A stretch of DNA of 53,640 nucleotides from an uncultured bacterium (GTDB lineage Bacteria; Hydrothermota; Hydrothermia; LBFQ01): contig CAYRSH010000002.1 in assembly GCA_964426895.1 (NCBI GenBank), positions 1-53,640 on the forward strand. Reading direction: 5' to 3'. The position numbers and the translations under genes are program-made. Below, piece by piece: positions 8,984 through 18,102 of the stretch (position 1 is the first letter of the stretch; every line of letters starts with the position of its first letter). The notes beneath the pieces were generated by a model. The model ran no database searches. It was not told the DNA's origin and saw nothing but the letters and a program-made list of their open reading frames with translations.

Positions 8984-9850
8984 TTAAAACCTTTTGGCCA
9001 CGCCCAAACTTATCACCCTGTTGTAAAAACTTTCAATTCTACCAAAAAACATACTTTCAACTTGCGTTATACCAAACATAGTGGTAAATGTGTAATCTTT
9101 AAGGTGCAAGGATAGAAAGGGGTATAATTCTAAGTAGTTTAAGTAGGTATAGTGGCTATAATAATGATAACGACTATAACGATAATAATATATGTGAGGA
9201 TTAAATAATCTAACACCAAGCGTTAGTTTTTCCGGCTTTCCAAAACCCATTTTGAGTTCGGTAAAACCGTAAAATAAGGCATACGGTATAACCGGTATAA
9301 CGTTATATAAATCGTAGTCATATAAATCTAAATAATATAAATCATAATATAAATCGTCCAGTAAAGGATATGGGAAGAGTTGTTTCTGAATTCCGGCGAA
9401 AAGTTTTAATGAAATAAATTTTACACCCAGTTTGATATAAGCGCCCAAATCAAGAAGGGATAGGACGCCAACATTACTATCCGATGATTTAATAAATTCC
9501 CCAACCGCCGCACCACCGTGAATACCCATTTCCGTCCAGATATCGGAAAAAATCCTTTGGGAAGCGGACAGGTTGACGTTGATAATAGTGGCCGGCAGTG
9601 TATAAACCTTTTGTTTCCATCGTGGATAGTAGTCATTCCAGTCATAAAATTTATGAAAATATTGCATATATTGGACACCCACACCCACCGAGGTTTGGGG
9701 GTTGGATATCCAATAGCCGCCGCATGTGGGAGTATAAATGTAATTCTGAGGGCTTTGTATAGTGGCGGTATCATAGGGTATGGGATTTACTAAGACACCT
9801 CCACAAGCGGGGATAAACAACACGACTATACAAACCCATATACTACGCAT
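8984..9850 (-). CDS. Tyr-rich putative lipoprotein / outer-membrane beta-barrel protein
   Basis: 288 aa. Signal peptide with lipobox-like FIPAC. Tyr-rich low-complexity core. C-terminal ...SLGVAKRF ends in an aromatic residue, as in OMPs. Confidence 0.55.
   Translation of the reverse strand: MRSIWVCIVVLFIPACGGVLVNPIPYDTATIQSPQNYIYTPTCGGYWISNPQTSVGVGVQYMQYFHKFYDWNDYYPRWKQKVYTLPATIINVNLSASQRIFSDIWTEMGIHGGAAVGEFIKSSDSNVGVLSLLDLGAYIKLGVKFISLKLFAGIQKQLFPYPLLDDLYYDLYYLDLYDYDLYNVIPVIPYALFYGFTELKMGFGKPEKLTLGVRLFNPHIYYYRYSRYHYYSHYTYLNYLELYPFLSLHLKDYTFTTMFGITQVESMFFGRIESFYNRVISLGVAKRF
9306..9355 (-). repeat. Short tandem-like tataaatc repeats (4 copies, spacing 15/15/12 nt) encoding DLYYDLYYLDLYDYDLY
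   Basis: Copies at 9306, 9321, 9336 and 9348 on the + strand, read directly. Confidence 0.6.
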
Positions 9851-9860
9851 ACATATCGGA

Positions 9861-9872
9861 ATTTTAAGGTTG
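9861..9872 (-). promoter_or_regulatory. Promoter motif caaccttaaaat for the Tyr-rich OMP gene
   Basis: -10 lies 10 nt from ATG 9850. Confidence 0.55.
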
Positions 9873-9971
9873 AAACTTTCTCATCACGGGGTGCAAAAAC
9901 GAAAATAGCCCTCGGAGTTTCGGGATGTAGGGTTAATAAAAGGGTATATTACGCGGTTTTAAAACCATACA

Positions 9972-9981
9972 GGCATAGAAT
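9972..9981 (+). promoter_or_regulatory. Promoter ggcatagaat for the ndk operon
   Basis: -10 TAGAAT 9976-9981, then tcccgttt (8 nt), then ATG 9990. Confidence 0.5.
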
Positions 9982-9989
9982 TCCCGTTT

Positions 9990-10391
9990 ATGGAAAGAAC
10001 GCTTTTAATGATAAAACCCGATGCAGTGGAGAAAAGACTAATAGGCAGGATAATATGGTTGTTGGAGGAAAATGGCTTTAAAATCCTACAAATAAGGAGT
10101 AAGAATTTTTCGAGGGAAGAGGCGGAAAGGTTTTACGAAGTTCATAAGGATAAGCCATTTTTTAACAGTTTGGTGGATTACATTACAAGCGGTATGGTCG
10201 TTGGTATAATGGTTGAAAGGGAAAATGCGGTAGAGAAACTTAGGGAGTTGGTGGGGGCTACGGACCCAAAGAATGCAAGACTCGGGACTATAAGGGCGAT
10301 GTTCGGTGAAAGCATAGAGAGAAACGCCGTTCACGCTTCGGATACACCTCAAAACGCGGAAAGGGAACTGAAATTCTTCTTTGAGATATGA
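9990..10391 (+). CDS. ndk: Nucleoside diphosphate kinase
   Basis: 133 aa. ERTLLMIKPDAV and NAVHASD active-site motifs. Confidence 0.95.
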   Translation: MERTLLMIKPDAVEKRLIGRIIWLLEENGFKILQIRSKNFSREEAERFYEVHKDKPFFNSLVDYITSGMVVGIMVERENAVEKLRELVGATDPKNARLGTIRAMFGESIERNAVHASDTPQNAERELKFFFEI

Positions 10392-11929
10392 GCATAGAGG
10401 AAAAGTTAAAGCAATTAAAGGAATTGAGGGAGAAGGCCCTTAAAGGGGGAGGGGAAGAGAGGATAAAAAAACAGCATGAAGTGGGTAAATTAACCGCAAG
10501 GGAGCGTATAGATTACCTCTTGGACGACGGATCCTTTATGGAAATAGGGATGTTTATAACCCACAGAAACCCGGATGTTAAGGAGAAATATTTGGGAGAT
10601 GGGGTTGTAGCCGGCTTTGGAACCATAGATGGAAGGCCCGTTGCCGTCTTTGCGCATGACTTTACCGTCATAGGTGGTACGGTTTCTGAGGCTAACGCCA
10701 AGAAAATCGTCCAGATTATGGATACGGCTTTGAGGGTTGGTATTCCGGTTATAGGTTTAAACGATTCGGGGGGAGCGAGGATACAAGACGGTGTGGCCTC
10801 CTTAGGGGGATATGCGGAAATATTTTTGAGGAATGTTATGGCTTCCGGGGTAATACCCCAAATATCCGCCATACTCGGGCCATGTGCCGGTGGAGCCGTT
10901 TATAGCCCCGCAATAACGGATTTTATTTTTATGAGAAGGGGAGTAAGTTATATGTATATCACAGGTCCCGAGGTGGTGAAGGCCGTAACGCATGAGGATG
11001 TCACACATGAAACCCTTGGAGGAGCGGATATACACGCCGAAAGGTCCGGGGTAGCCCACTTCGTTTATGATACGGAAACGGAAATATTTGAGGGTATTAG
11101 AAAACTATTGTCTTATATCCCTTCCAATAATGCCGAAGAACCCCCTTATATTGATACCGATGACCCGGAAGATAGGGAAGATGAGGAATTGAACTATATA
11201 GTCCCAACCGATCCTTATCAAGCCTATGACATGAAGGAAGTGATAAAAAGGATCGTTGATAACGGTGAATTTTTTGAGGTTCATGAAAACTTCGCACCAA
11301 ACATAATAGTGGGGTTTGCAAGATTGGGGGGATATAGTGTTGGGATAGTTGCCCAACAGCCCTTGCACTTAGCGGGAGCCATAGATATTAATGCATCCAT
11401 AAAGGCCGCGAGGTTTGTTAGGTTCTGCGACGCCTTTAACATACCGATAATAACATTTGAAGATGTACCCGGGTTTTTACCCGGAACGGAACAGGAACAC
11501 GGCGGTATAATAAGGCATGGTGCCAAACTGCTTTTTGCATATGCCGAGGCTACGGTTCCAAAGATTACCGTGGTAACGAGAAAATCCTACGGTGGGGCGT
11601 ATTGTGTATTGGCATCCAAACAAATAAGGGCGGATTTTAATTTTGCGTGGCCTATGGCAGAATTTGCCGTTATGGGTCCGGAAGGAGCGGTAAAGATAAT
11701 ATATCGTAAGGAAATAGAAAGGAGCGAAAATCCCGAAGAACTTATAGAAAAACTCACCGCACAGTATAGGGAAAAATTTACAAACCCTTATTATGTCGCC
11801 TCGCTGGGATACATAGACGATGTAATAGAACCATCAAAAACAAGGCCTATACTCATAAAGGCGCTTAAATTAACCCGGAACAAGAGGCAAACCTTACCAC
11901 CAAAGAAACACGATAATATACCCCTTTGA
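10388..11929 (+). CDS. Acyl-CoA carboxylase/decarboxylase carboxyltransferase subunit (propionyl-CoA carboxylase beta / methylmalonyl- or glutaconyl-CoA decarboxylase alpha family)
   Basis: 513 aa. Typical two-domain carboxyltransferase (DFTVIGGTVSEANAKK, YGGAYCVLASK). ATGA overlap with ndk. Confidence 0.88.
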   Translation: MSIEEKLKQLKELREKALKGGGEERIKKQHEVGKLTARERIDYLLDDGSFMEIGMFITHRNPDVKEKYLGDGVVAGFGTIDGRPVAVFAHDFTVIGGTVSEANAKKIVQIMDTALRVGIPVIGLNDSGGARIQDGVASLGGYAEIFLRNVMASGVIPQISAILGPCAGGAVYSPAITDFIFMRRGVSYMYITGPEVVKAVTHEDVTHETLGGADIHAERSGVAHFVYDTETEIFEGIRKLLSYIPSNNAEEPPYIDTDDPEDREDEELNYIVPTDPYQAYDMKEVIKRIVDNGEFFEVHENFAPNIIVGFARLGGYSVGIVAQQPLHLAGAIDINASIKAARFVRFCDAFNIPIITFEDVPGFLPGTEQEHGGIIRHGAKLLFAYAEATVPKITVVTRKSYGGAYCVLASKQIRADFNFAWPMAEFAVMGPEGAVKIIYRKEIERSENPEELIEKLTAQYREKFTNPYYVASLGYIDDVIEPSKTRPILIKALKLTRNKRQTLPPKKHDNIPL

Positions 11930-13062
11930 AAAACCGAATAATACTACTTTCATCGTTGCTACTTTGTGCATTGGGGGTGTTAAGTTTACTTCCTAGGGTG
12001 GATTTGGTTATAAGGCAGATTTTTTACATACTTTTTTCCCTCGGGATATTTTTATTCGTTCACAGGATTAATATTAGGGTGATTTTGGATTTTTCAAGGG
12101 TTTTTTACATTATAACCCTTGTGTTACTCGTTCTTGTGCTCTTTGTGGGTACGGGTTCAGGGGGTGTTAATAGGTGGATAAACTTGGGGATAATAAACTT
12201 TCAACCATCGGAATTGGCAAAGGTTTCAATACCTCTATTCCTCCTTACATTGGAGGGAGACATTAAGAAACTACTCGCCGGTCTTGTTCCGGCCTTTCTT
12301 ATACTTATAGAACCGGATCTTGCCACATCAACGGTTGTGGTATTTTTAACTTGGATTGTAGTATTTATAACCACAAGGAATTTACCCTTTGTGATATATT
12401 TAGCATCAATACCCTTTGCGGCCATTTTCTCGTTTTCAAAAATTCCCTTCGGAATATTCATAGGGGCTATTTCCTTATCTTTTATGTTCCTAAGGGTTAA
12501 GTTTGAATGGTTGGTTGGTGCCATTTTATCCCTTATATTTGTGGGACTGATAACACCCGTAATATGGGAAAAGGGCCTAAAAGATTATCAGAGGAAACGG
12601 ATACTTGCCATTATAAACCCTTCCGAACATAGGGAAAAACTCTGGCAAACATATCAATCAAGAATAGCCTTAGCAAACGCTGGACCTTTCGGGAAAGGTA
12701 TATATGGGGCCACACAAAAACTTTACGGGTATTTACCCGCTTCACATACGGATTTTGCCTTTTCCTCATTTGTTGAGACATACGGATTTGTAGGGGGGTT
12801 TATTGTACTATCCCTAACAGCCCTAATGGTTTTTAGTGTCCTATCCATGGCTTTTTCCGAAGATGTGATTTTAAGGAACATATCGGTGGTCGTTGGTTCT
12901 TTCTTCACATACCAATCGTTTGTAAACATGATGTCGGTTTTGGGGGTATTTCCCGTCGCCGGAATACCGTATCCATTTTTAAGCTTTGGTGGAAGTCATA
13001 TAATATCCGAGTGGTTGTTTTTATCCGTTTTGTTTTCCGCTTACATATGGAAAACTTCATAA
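11926..13062 (+). CDS. SEDS-family peptidoglycan polymerase (FtsW/RodA/SpoVE)
   Basis: 378 aa. Polytopic. INFQPSELAKV and SHTDFAFS motifs. TTG start overlaps the upstream stop. Confidence 0.85.
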   Translation: MKNRIILLSSLLLCALGVLSLLPRVDLVIRQIFYILFSLGIFLFVHRINIRVILDFSRVFYIITLVLLVLVLFVGTGSGGVNRWINLGIINFQPSELAKVSIPLFLLTLEGDIKKLLAGLVPAFLILIEPDLATSTVVVFLTWIVVFITTRNLPFVIYLASIPFAAIFSFSKIPFGIFIGAISLSFMFLRVKFEWLVGAILSLIFVGLITPVIWEKGLKDYQRKRILAIINPSEHREKLWQTYQSRIALANAGPFGKGIYGATQKLYGYLPASHTDFAFSSFVETYGFVGGFIVLSLTALMVFSVLSMAFSEDVILRNISVVVGSFFTYQSFVNMMSVLGVFPVAGIPYPFLSFGGSHIISEWLFLSVLFSAYIWKTS

Positions 13063-14560
13063 AAAATTATAAAGAATATTACCGGCACTTTAAAAATCTT
13101 ATAGAACTTGAAAGGGAAGGGCGATCTTAGGATTAAGGGGTAAATTTATGGGTAAGGGGCTTGGGGGTTGTACATTGTAAGGTTTTCGAGGGATAAAGAA
13201 ATAGGTGAAACGGGGATATCTCCGGGTGATGTGGTAATAGTTAGTAAAGGGAAACCTTCGGGGAAGGAACCACAGGGAACCGTTATTGAAAGGGGAAAAA
13301 GTTTTTAACAGTTGGTTTTGAAAAAAACCGCCCGATTATGTGTTTGGTAAGAATTTGAGACCTGTTTGTAAACGACATAACATTTAAGAGGATGGAAGAG
13401 GCATTAAGGGAGTTGAAAAATCACACAAAAATTTTGAATATTTTGTTGGGTTTTTATAAACCATAAATTAAACCATTCTCAAAAGGAAGCTGTTGTTACC
13501 GGAACGGGTAAAAGGGTTCTCGCAGCTACGGATTCAAATGTGGCCGTTGATAACATTGTTGAGAGGTTAAGGGATTTTAACATAAATGTGGTCAGGGTGG
13601 GAAATCCCGCAAGGATAAGCAAATCCTTAATCACATCTAAGATTAGAGGCATTTGGGAAGAAATAGATAAATTGAAGGCAAAACAAGAAAGATTCTTAAA
13701 GCCCACGCCGAGGTGAAGGAGGGGGATGAGTGATGGGGAGATTTTGAGATATGCGGAAACCGGTTCTTAGATAAGGGGGATAAATCCAAAGGCCATTAAG
13801 AGCATGGCTTCTTGGATAAAGCTACAAGAAAAGATAAACGATTTATATCAGGAGGCCAAGAAATTGGAGGATAAATTGATAATGGCGGGTAGAGAATATG
13901 TTAAAGGTTTGAATTTTGATATTGTAGTCGTTGATGAGGCAACCCAATCCGTAGAACCCTCAACCCTTATTCCCATAATCAAGGGCAAAAAGTTTATACT
14001 TGCGGGGGATCATAAACAGTTGCCCCCAACCGTCTTAAACCCCGAGGCAGAAAAGTATTTGCAGATAACCCTGTTTGAGAGGTTGGTAAAAATGTAAAGA
14101 ATGCTATACAACTTTAAGGGTACAGTATAGATGGAATTTCCGAGTAGAATGTTTTACGATAATTTACTGATAGCGGATGAAAAGGTGAAGAACCATACTT
14201 TAAAGGACTTTGGTATAAATGGTGTCTTATGAAAACCCCTTAGAAGCCAAAATTTACTCTTGGATTGTTGTTTAAAACCGGAACACATAGGTGTTATATC
14301 CCCATATGACGATCAGGTTCCCCTTCTAACCGATATGTTGAAAGATACGGGTGTAGAGGTAAAAACAGTTGATGGGTTCCAAGGTAGGGAAAAAGAGGTT
14401 ATAATTGTATCATTTGTCAGGTCAAACCCCGAAGGGAACCTTGGATTTTTGGAAGATTTGAGGAGGTTGAATGTTTCTATAACCCGTGTTAAAAGGAAAC
14501 TATCGTCTTATACACTATGTGTGCCTAAACGGTTTGTACCTGTTGAAAATTTAGAAGATA
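13047..14560 (+). pseudogene. Decayed Upf1/IGHMBP2-like SF1 helicase (AAA_11/AAA_12 type) with multiple stops, frameshifts and loss of the Walker A region
   Basis: Fragments in different frames: MENFIKNYKEYYRHFKNLIELEREGRS*; GAWGLYIVRFSRDKEIGETGISPGDVVIVSKGKPSGKEPQGTVIERGKSF*; VNDITFKRMEEALRELKNH; LNHSQKEAVVTGTGKRVLAATDSNVAVDNIVERL; DIVVVDEATQSVEP...ILAGDHKQLPPTV; [20 protein letters not shown]...[11 protein letters not shown]. Confidence 0.85.
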
Positions 14561-14561
14561 A

Positions 14562-14571
14562 GCCTTATAAT
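14562..14571 (+). promoter_or_regulatory. Promoter gccttataat for the TPR-protein gene, embedded in the pseudogene 3' end
   Basis: -10 TATAAT 14566-14571 lies 10 nt before ATG 14582. Confidence 0.5.
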
Positions 14572-14581
14572 ATTCTGTATT

Positions 14582-16540
14582 ATGGTAGAAATTGGGAAAT
14601 GGTTTAAAGCAAAGAATATCAAAATTGATGACAATTATAATTTTCCGGATGAAGCGTTGTTAAAGATAAAAAATTCTATAGAAAAATACCGGAGTTTCAT
14701 CGTACTTTCATATTGGGGAGATAAAATCCATCAAAAAGTTTTATACGCCTTAAAAAAGATTTCCCCCAATATAACCTTATATGAACCATCGGGTGGAGAC
14801 TTAAAAAATGTAAATCTTTTGCCAAACACCCTTTTATGGAGGAGAAAGGGATACATACTTATAAATTTTGATGAGTATGAGAAATATAAAAACTTAACGG
14901 ACTTTATGAGATTGGGAAAGAGAAAGGGTTACAATTTCATAGGTATTAGTAGTTTTGGTGATGATAAGGAATTGCTATACGAAAACATATTCAGGTCTTA
15001 TGGTATATCGCCAAAGGATATATTTGACGAGGAGATTAATTTGATAGACTTTTACGATTACAACTCTATACTGTATGAAGGTGTTGAGGAATTACTAAAA
15101 TGGGAAAACAGATGGAACAATATAGATATTGAAAGTAGAATGCTTTTGAATATAATAAAGGTTTTTGTTGATAAAGATTTAACTTTGAACAATTCCGGTA
15201 TCCCCATAATATGGTTGGAAAAGATTTTCCAAAAAAGGGGGGCAAATTTTAAGAAGGCGTTAAAAGATTTAAAAATGTTTGAATTCGTTAAAATACAAAA
15301 CGGGTTAATATACCCAAACATGTTATCCCTTCAAATCATTCCGGTAGGGGATGTGGATATAAAGTCCTTTTTGGGCATTGACGATGTATTAAATTTAAAA
15401 ATTTTAAGGAATTTGGTGAGTATGGGGAAATGCGGTTTAGACCCGCGTAGAATAGTGAATATCAACACACTGAATTCTTCCGAAAGGATAGAATTTTTGA
15501 TGATCCTTTTAGATTTTAATGTAAAGAAGTATCTTTTGGATTTGGATATTTCTATGCTGAACTCCGCCGAAATTTATGCGGATGAACTCAAAAGGTTTAT
15601 CAACCGTGTTGATGCGGATATAAAGCATAAAATACTTCATTCTTTGGGGAAATTTTATACCGTTAAAGGTCTTGAAGTAGAACCCTTAAATAGTCTTACA
15701 AAAGCCTTAGAATTTCTGGGGAATAGTTTCACCATAGCCCGCTCCCAAGGGTTTTCATTTTCGGCAGGTAAATATTTCTTGGACTACATTCAAGTGCTTA
15801 TAAACCTTTCGTATATTGAAGAACCCATTGAAGTTTTGAAGAAAGCACATAACCTGATCACCAAATACGAGAACACTATACCTCCATGTTTTGAAAACGA
15901 GTTTAAATATGTAAAGATGCATACAAAATTGCATCTATACTACCATATGGGATATGAAGAGGGATTAAAGGAGTTGTTAAGGGATTTTAAAATACTGATG
16001 AAGAAAATTCCCGAAGATAGCAAAATAAAAGCAAAAGTTTTAACATCCTTGGGAATAGTGTATATGCTTTTGGGGGAATTTCCCATAGCAAATACATATT
16101 TTGAGGAGGCGGAAAAATTGCAGAATAACAAGCATGATTTTTTGCGTTTACACAGCTGGAAACTTTATAATCTTCTAAACTATGCCGATATAAACCTTAT
16201 TGTTGAAGATATAAAAAAGCACTTAAAAGTCGAGATAATTGAAAATGCTCCCATAACATATGGCATATATTTGTTCCTTTTGGGTCTCGCACATTATAAA
16301 ATGTTTTTGAAAGAAAGGACAAATAAATTAAAAAGCGAGGCGATAAGTATTTTAACCTCCGCCGTAAGGTTTCTTAACGGTTTAAGCCTTTTTAAATCCC
16401 TTGCTTGGGAAGTTATGGGAGATATATATATAATTATCGGGGATTACGGTTTATCCCAAGAGTTTTACATGCTTTCAAATGAATATTTTGAAAAATCTCC
16501 GGTTAATAAAATGAGGCTGAAAAAGAAAATTCCTTTATAA
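14582..16540 (+). CDS. Hypothetical 652-aa protein: N-terminal degenerate NTPase-like region, possible winged-helix, C-terminal TPR-like repeats
   Basis: Long intact ORF, visibly more AT-rich than its neighbours. [14 protein letters not shown] where a P-loop would sit, and [11 protein letters not shown] as a Walker-B-like strand. TPR-like segments [27 protein letters not shown] and [21 protein letters not shown]. Confidence 0.55.
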   Translation: MVEIGKWFKAKNIKIDDNYNFPDEALLKIKNSIEKYRSFIVLSYWGDKIHQKVLYALKKISPNITLYEPSGGDLKNVNLLPNTLLWRRKGYILINFDEYEKYKNLTDFMRLGKRKGYNFIGISSFGDDKELLYENIFRSYGISPKDIFDEEINLIDFYDYNSILYEGVEELLKWENRWNNIDIESRMLLNIIKVFVDKDLTLNNSGIPIIWLEKIFQKRGANFKKALKDLKMFEFVKIQNGLIYPNMLSLQIIPVGDVDIKSFLGIDDVLNLKILRNLVSMGKCGLDPRRIVNINTLNSSERIEFLMILLDFNVKKYLLDLDISMLNSAEIYADELKRFINRVDADIKHKILHSLGKFYTVKGLEVEPLNSLTKALEFLGNSFTIARSQGFSFSAGKYFLDYIQVLINLSYIEEPIEVLKKAHNLITKYENTIPPCFENEFKYVKMHTKLHLYYHMGYEEGLKELLRDFKILMKKIPEDSKIKAKVLTSLGIVYMLLGEFPIANTYFEEAEKLQNNKHDFLRLHSWKLYNLLNYADINLIVEDIKKHLKVEIIENAPITYGIYLFLLGLAHYKMFLKERTNKLKSEAISILTSAVRFLNGLSLFKSLAWEVMGDIYIIIGDYGLSQEFYMLSNEYFEKSPVNKMRLKKKIPL

Positions 16541-16541
16541 A

Positions 16542-16614
16542 AGCCACCGGGCGGACTCGAACCGCCGACCTGCGGTTTACGAAACCGCCGCTCTGCCGAC
16601 TGAGCTACGGTGGC
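16542..16614 (-). tRNA. tRNA-Thr (anticodon CGU)
   Basis: Reverse complement gccaccgtagctcagtcggcagagcggcggtttcgtaaaccgcaggtcggcggttcgagtccgcccggtggc folds as 7-bp acceptor, D arm, anticodon loop ttCGTaa, 5-nt variable loop and TPsiC GGTTCGAGTCC. GC-rich relative to the flanks. Confidence 0.93.
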
Positions 16615-16624
16615 GTGAGTAGAT

Positions 16625-16636
16625 ATTATAAGGGTG
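16625..16636 (-). promoter_or_regulatory. Promoter motif cacccttataat for tRNA-Thr
   Basis: -10 TATAAT lies 10 nt upstream of the mature tRNA 5' end. Confidence 0.6.
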
Positions 16637-16677
16637 AAAGTTTTGAAACCAATTTGCCTTCCAAAACAAACTTCACA

Positions 16678-16687
16678 GGGGTATAAT
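16678..16687 (+). promoter_or_regulatory. Promoter ggggtataat for the nuoN unit
   Basis: TATAAT 16682-16687, then acccgctt (8 nt), then ATG 16696. Confidence 0.55.
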
Positions 16688-16695
16688 ACCCGCTT

Positions 16696-18102
16696 ATGAG
16701 TATTGCAAAGGACATTTTTCTAATACAGCCCGAAATTGTTTTATCCGTAGGCATTCTTGTATCTCTGATTATTGATATACTCGCGAGTAGGTCGGTTAAA
16801 TGGTTTGTATCCTTGTTTTCGGTAATAGTTCTTGTGATAACCGGATTTTATGTATTGACAAACTTTTACAACGAGGGTGAAGCCTTTAAAATGCTTTCCA
16901 TAACTTCTTTAAGCCGAACCTTTGATGTTGTTATTATATTGGGGACCATTATCACAAGTCTTTTGGCATGGGATAGGGAAGGGGAACACCAATTCCTGTT
17001 GTTATCCGCCACCCTCGGCGCTATGGTTTTGGTAAAGGCGATCAGTTTTATATCTTTTATTTTAGCCCTTGAACTCTTTTCGTTTGCCGTTGTAGGACAA
17101 ATAGCACTATCAAAGGATAGTTTGGGAATTGAGGCGGCTTTAAAGTTTTTTATTCTATCGGTTATAGCATCAACTTTTATAGTCATGGGTGTCGCATTGC
17201 TTTATACCATATTTGGTACATTTGATTTTCCAAAGATATTTTTGGAAACAACCTTTAAACCCATTTTTCAAGCAAAACCTTTAATATTCATATCCGCATT
17301 CGTGTTAATATTGGTAGGTTTAGCCTTTAAACTCGCAGCGGTGCCTTTCCACTTCTGGACACCGGAGGTTTTTAGAGGGGCACACTCTTCGGTGGGTGGA
17401 TTTATAGCAACGGTATCAAAGGCTTCGGCCTTTGGCTTTCTTGTTAATTTCTTGTATATAATTTTTGGAAATGTCCCTTACCTTTGGGGTGAGTTTTTAA
17501 TTTGGTTGGGGGCCATTACGATGTTTGTCGGTAATTTGGCCGCCTTGGCGGAAAACGATATAAAGAGGATGTTGGGGTACTCAACCATAGCACATGCCGG
17601 GTATATTATGGTTGCCTTTGGGGTGGGGACGGATACGGCCATTGGAGCCGCCATATTTTACCTTTTGGTCTATACCTTTATGACTCTGGGTGCCTTCGCC
17701 GTTGTGAATTCCATAGGTGAAAATAACACATCCTTGGAACATTATAAAGGCCTATCTAAGAATCACGGTCTTCAAGCCTTTTTACTTTTGATATTTCTCG
17801 TTTCCCTTGCCGGAATACCCCCAACCGCCGGTTTCGTGGGGAAGTTCTATCTGTTTATGGAAGTCGTTAAATCCGGGGAATACGCTCTGGCGATATGGGC
17901 GTTTTTAAACGGCGTAATTTCGTCATTCTATTATGTTAGACCTATATTTTACTCGTATGGCTTTGAGCCAAAATATGAATTCAAAAGCGTATTAACGCCA
18001 ACCATAGCGGCGGTTTTCATAATCGGCTTCATAGGGGTTATATATCTCGGGCTTGCACCAAGTGGAATACTTGAATTCATTTCAAGCGCGTTTACACACT
18101 GA
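16696..18102 (+). CDS. nuoN: NADH-quinone oxidoreductase subunit N-like antiporter-type membrane subunit (no other nuo genes in the window)
   Basis: 468 aa, about 14 TM. N-terminus LIQPEIVLSVGILVSLIID and MLGYSTIAHAGYIM are typical NuoN/ND2 features. Confidence 0.8.
   Translation: MSIAKDIFLIQPEIVLSVGILVSLIIDILASRSVKWFVSLFSVIVLVITGFYVLTNFYNEGEAFKMLSITSLSRTFDVVIILGTIITSLLAWDREGEHQFLLLSATLGAMVLVKAISFISFILALELFSFAVVGQIALSKDSLGIEAALKFFILSVIASTFIVMGVALLYTIFGTFDFPKIFLETTFKPIFQAKPLIFISAFVLILVGLAFKLAAVPFHFWTPEVFRGAHSSVGGFIATVSKASAFGFLVNFLYIIFGNVPYLWGEFLIWLGAITMFVGNLAALAENDIKRMLGYSTIAHAGYIMVAFGVGTDTAIGAAIFYLLVYTFMTLGAFAVVNSIGENNTSLEHYKGLSKNHGLQAFLLLIFLVSLAGIPPTAGFVGKFYLFMEVVKSGEYALAIWAFLNGVISSFYYVRPIFYSYGFEPKYEFKSVLTPTIAAVFIIGFIGVIYLGLAPSGILEFISSAFTH

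Noticed and set aside
1-13130. TAG reassigned as a sense codon, since three in-frame TAGs occur at 45-43, 310-308 and 13128.
   Set aside because: TAG terminates well-conserved genes at the expected length (for example gyrB at 51650-51648 and capA at 44671-44673). All other conserved proteins are full length under the standard code. The helicase also carries TAA and TGA stops and frameshifts.
14530-16614. The TPR gene as cargo of a genomic island integrated at the 3' end of tRNA-Thr.
   Set aside because: There is no integrase or recombinase. I could find no direct repeat of the tRNA 3' end. The gene uses the same native promoter motif as the core genes. Lower GC alone is not sufficient evidence.
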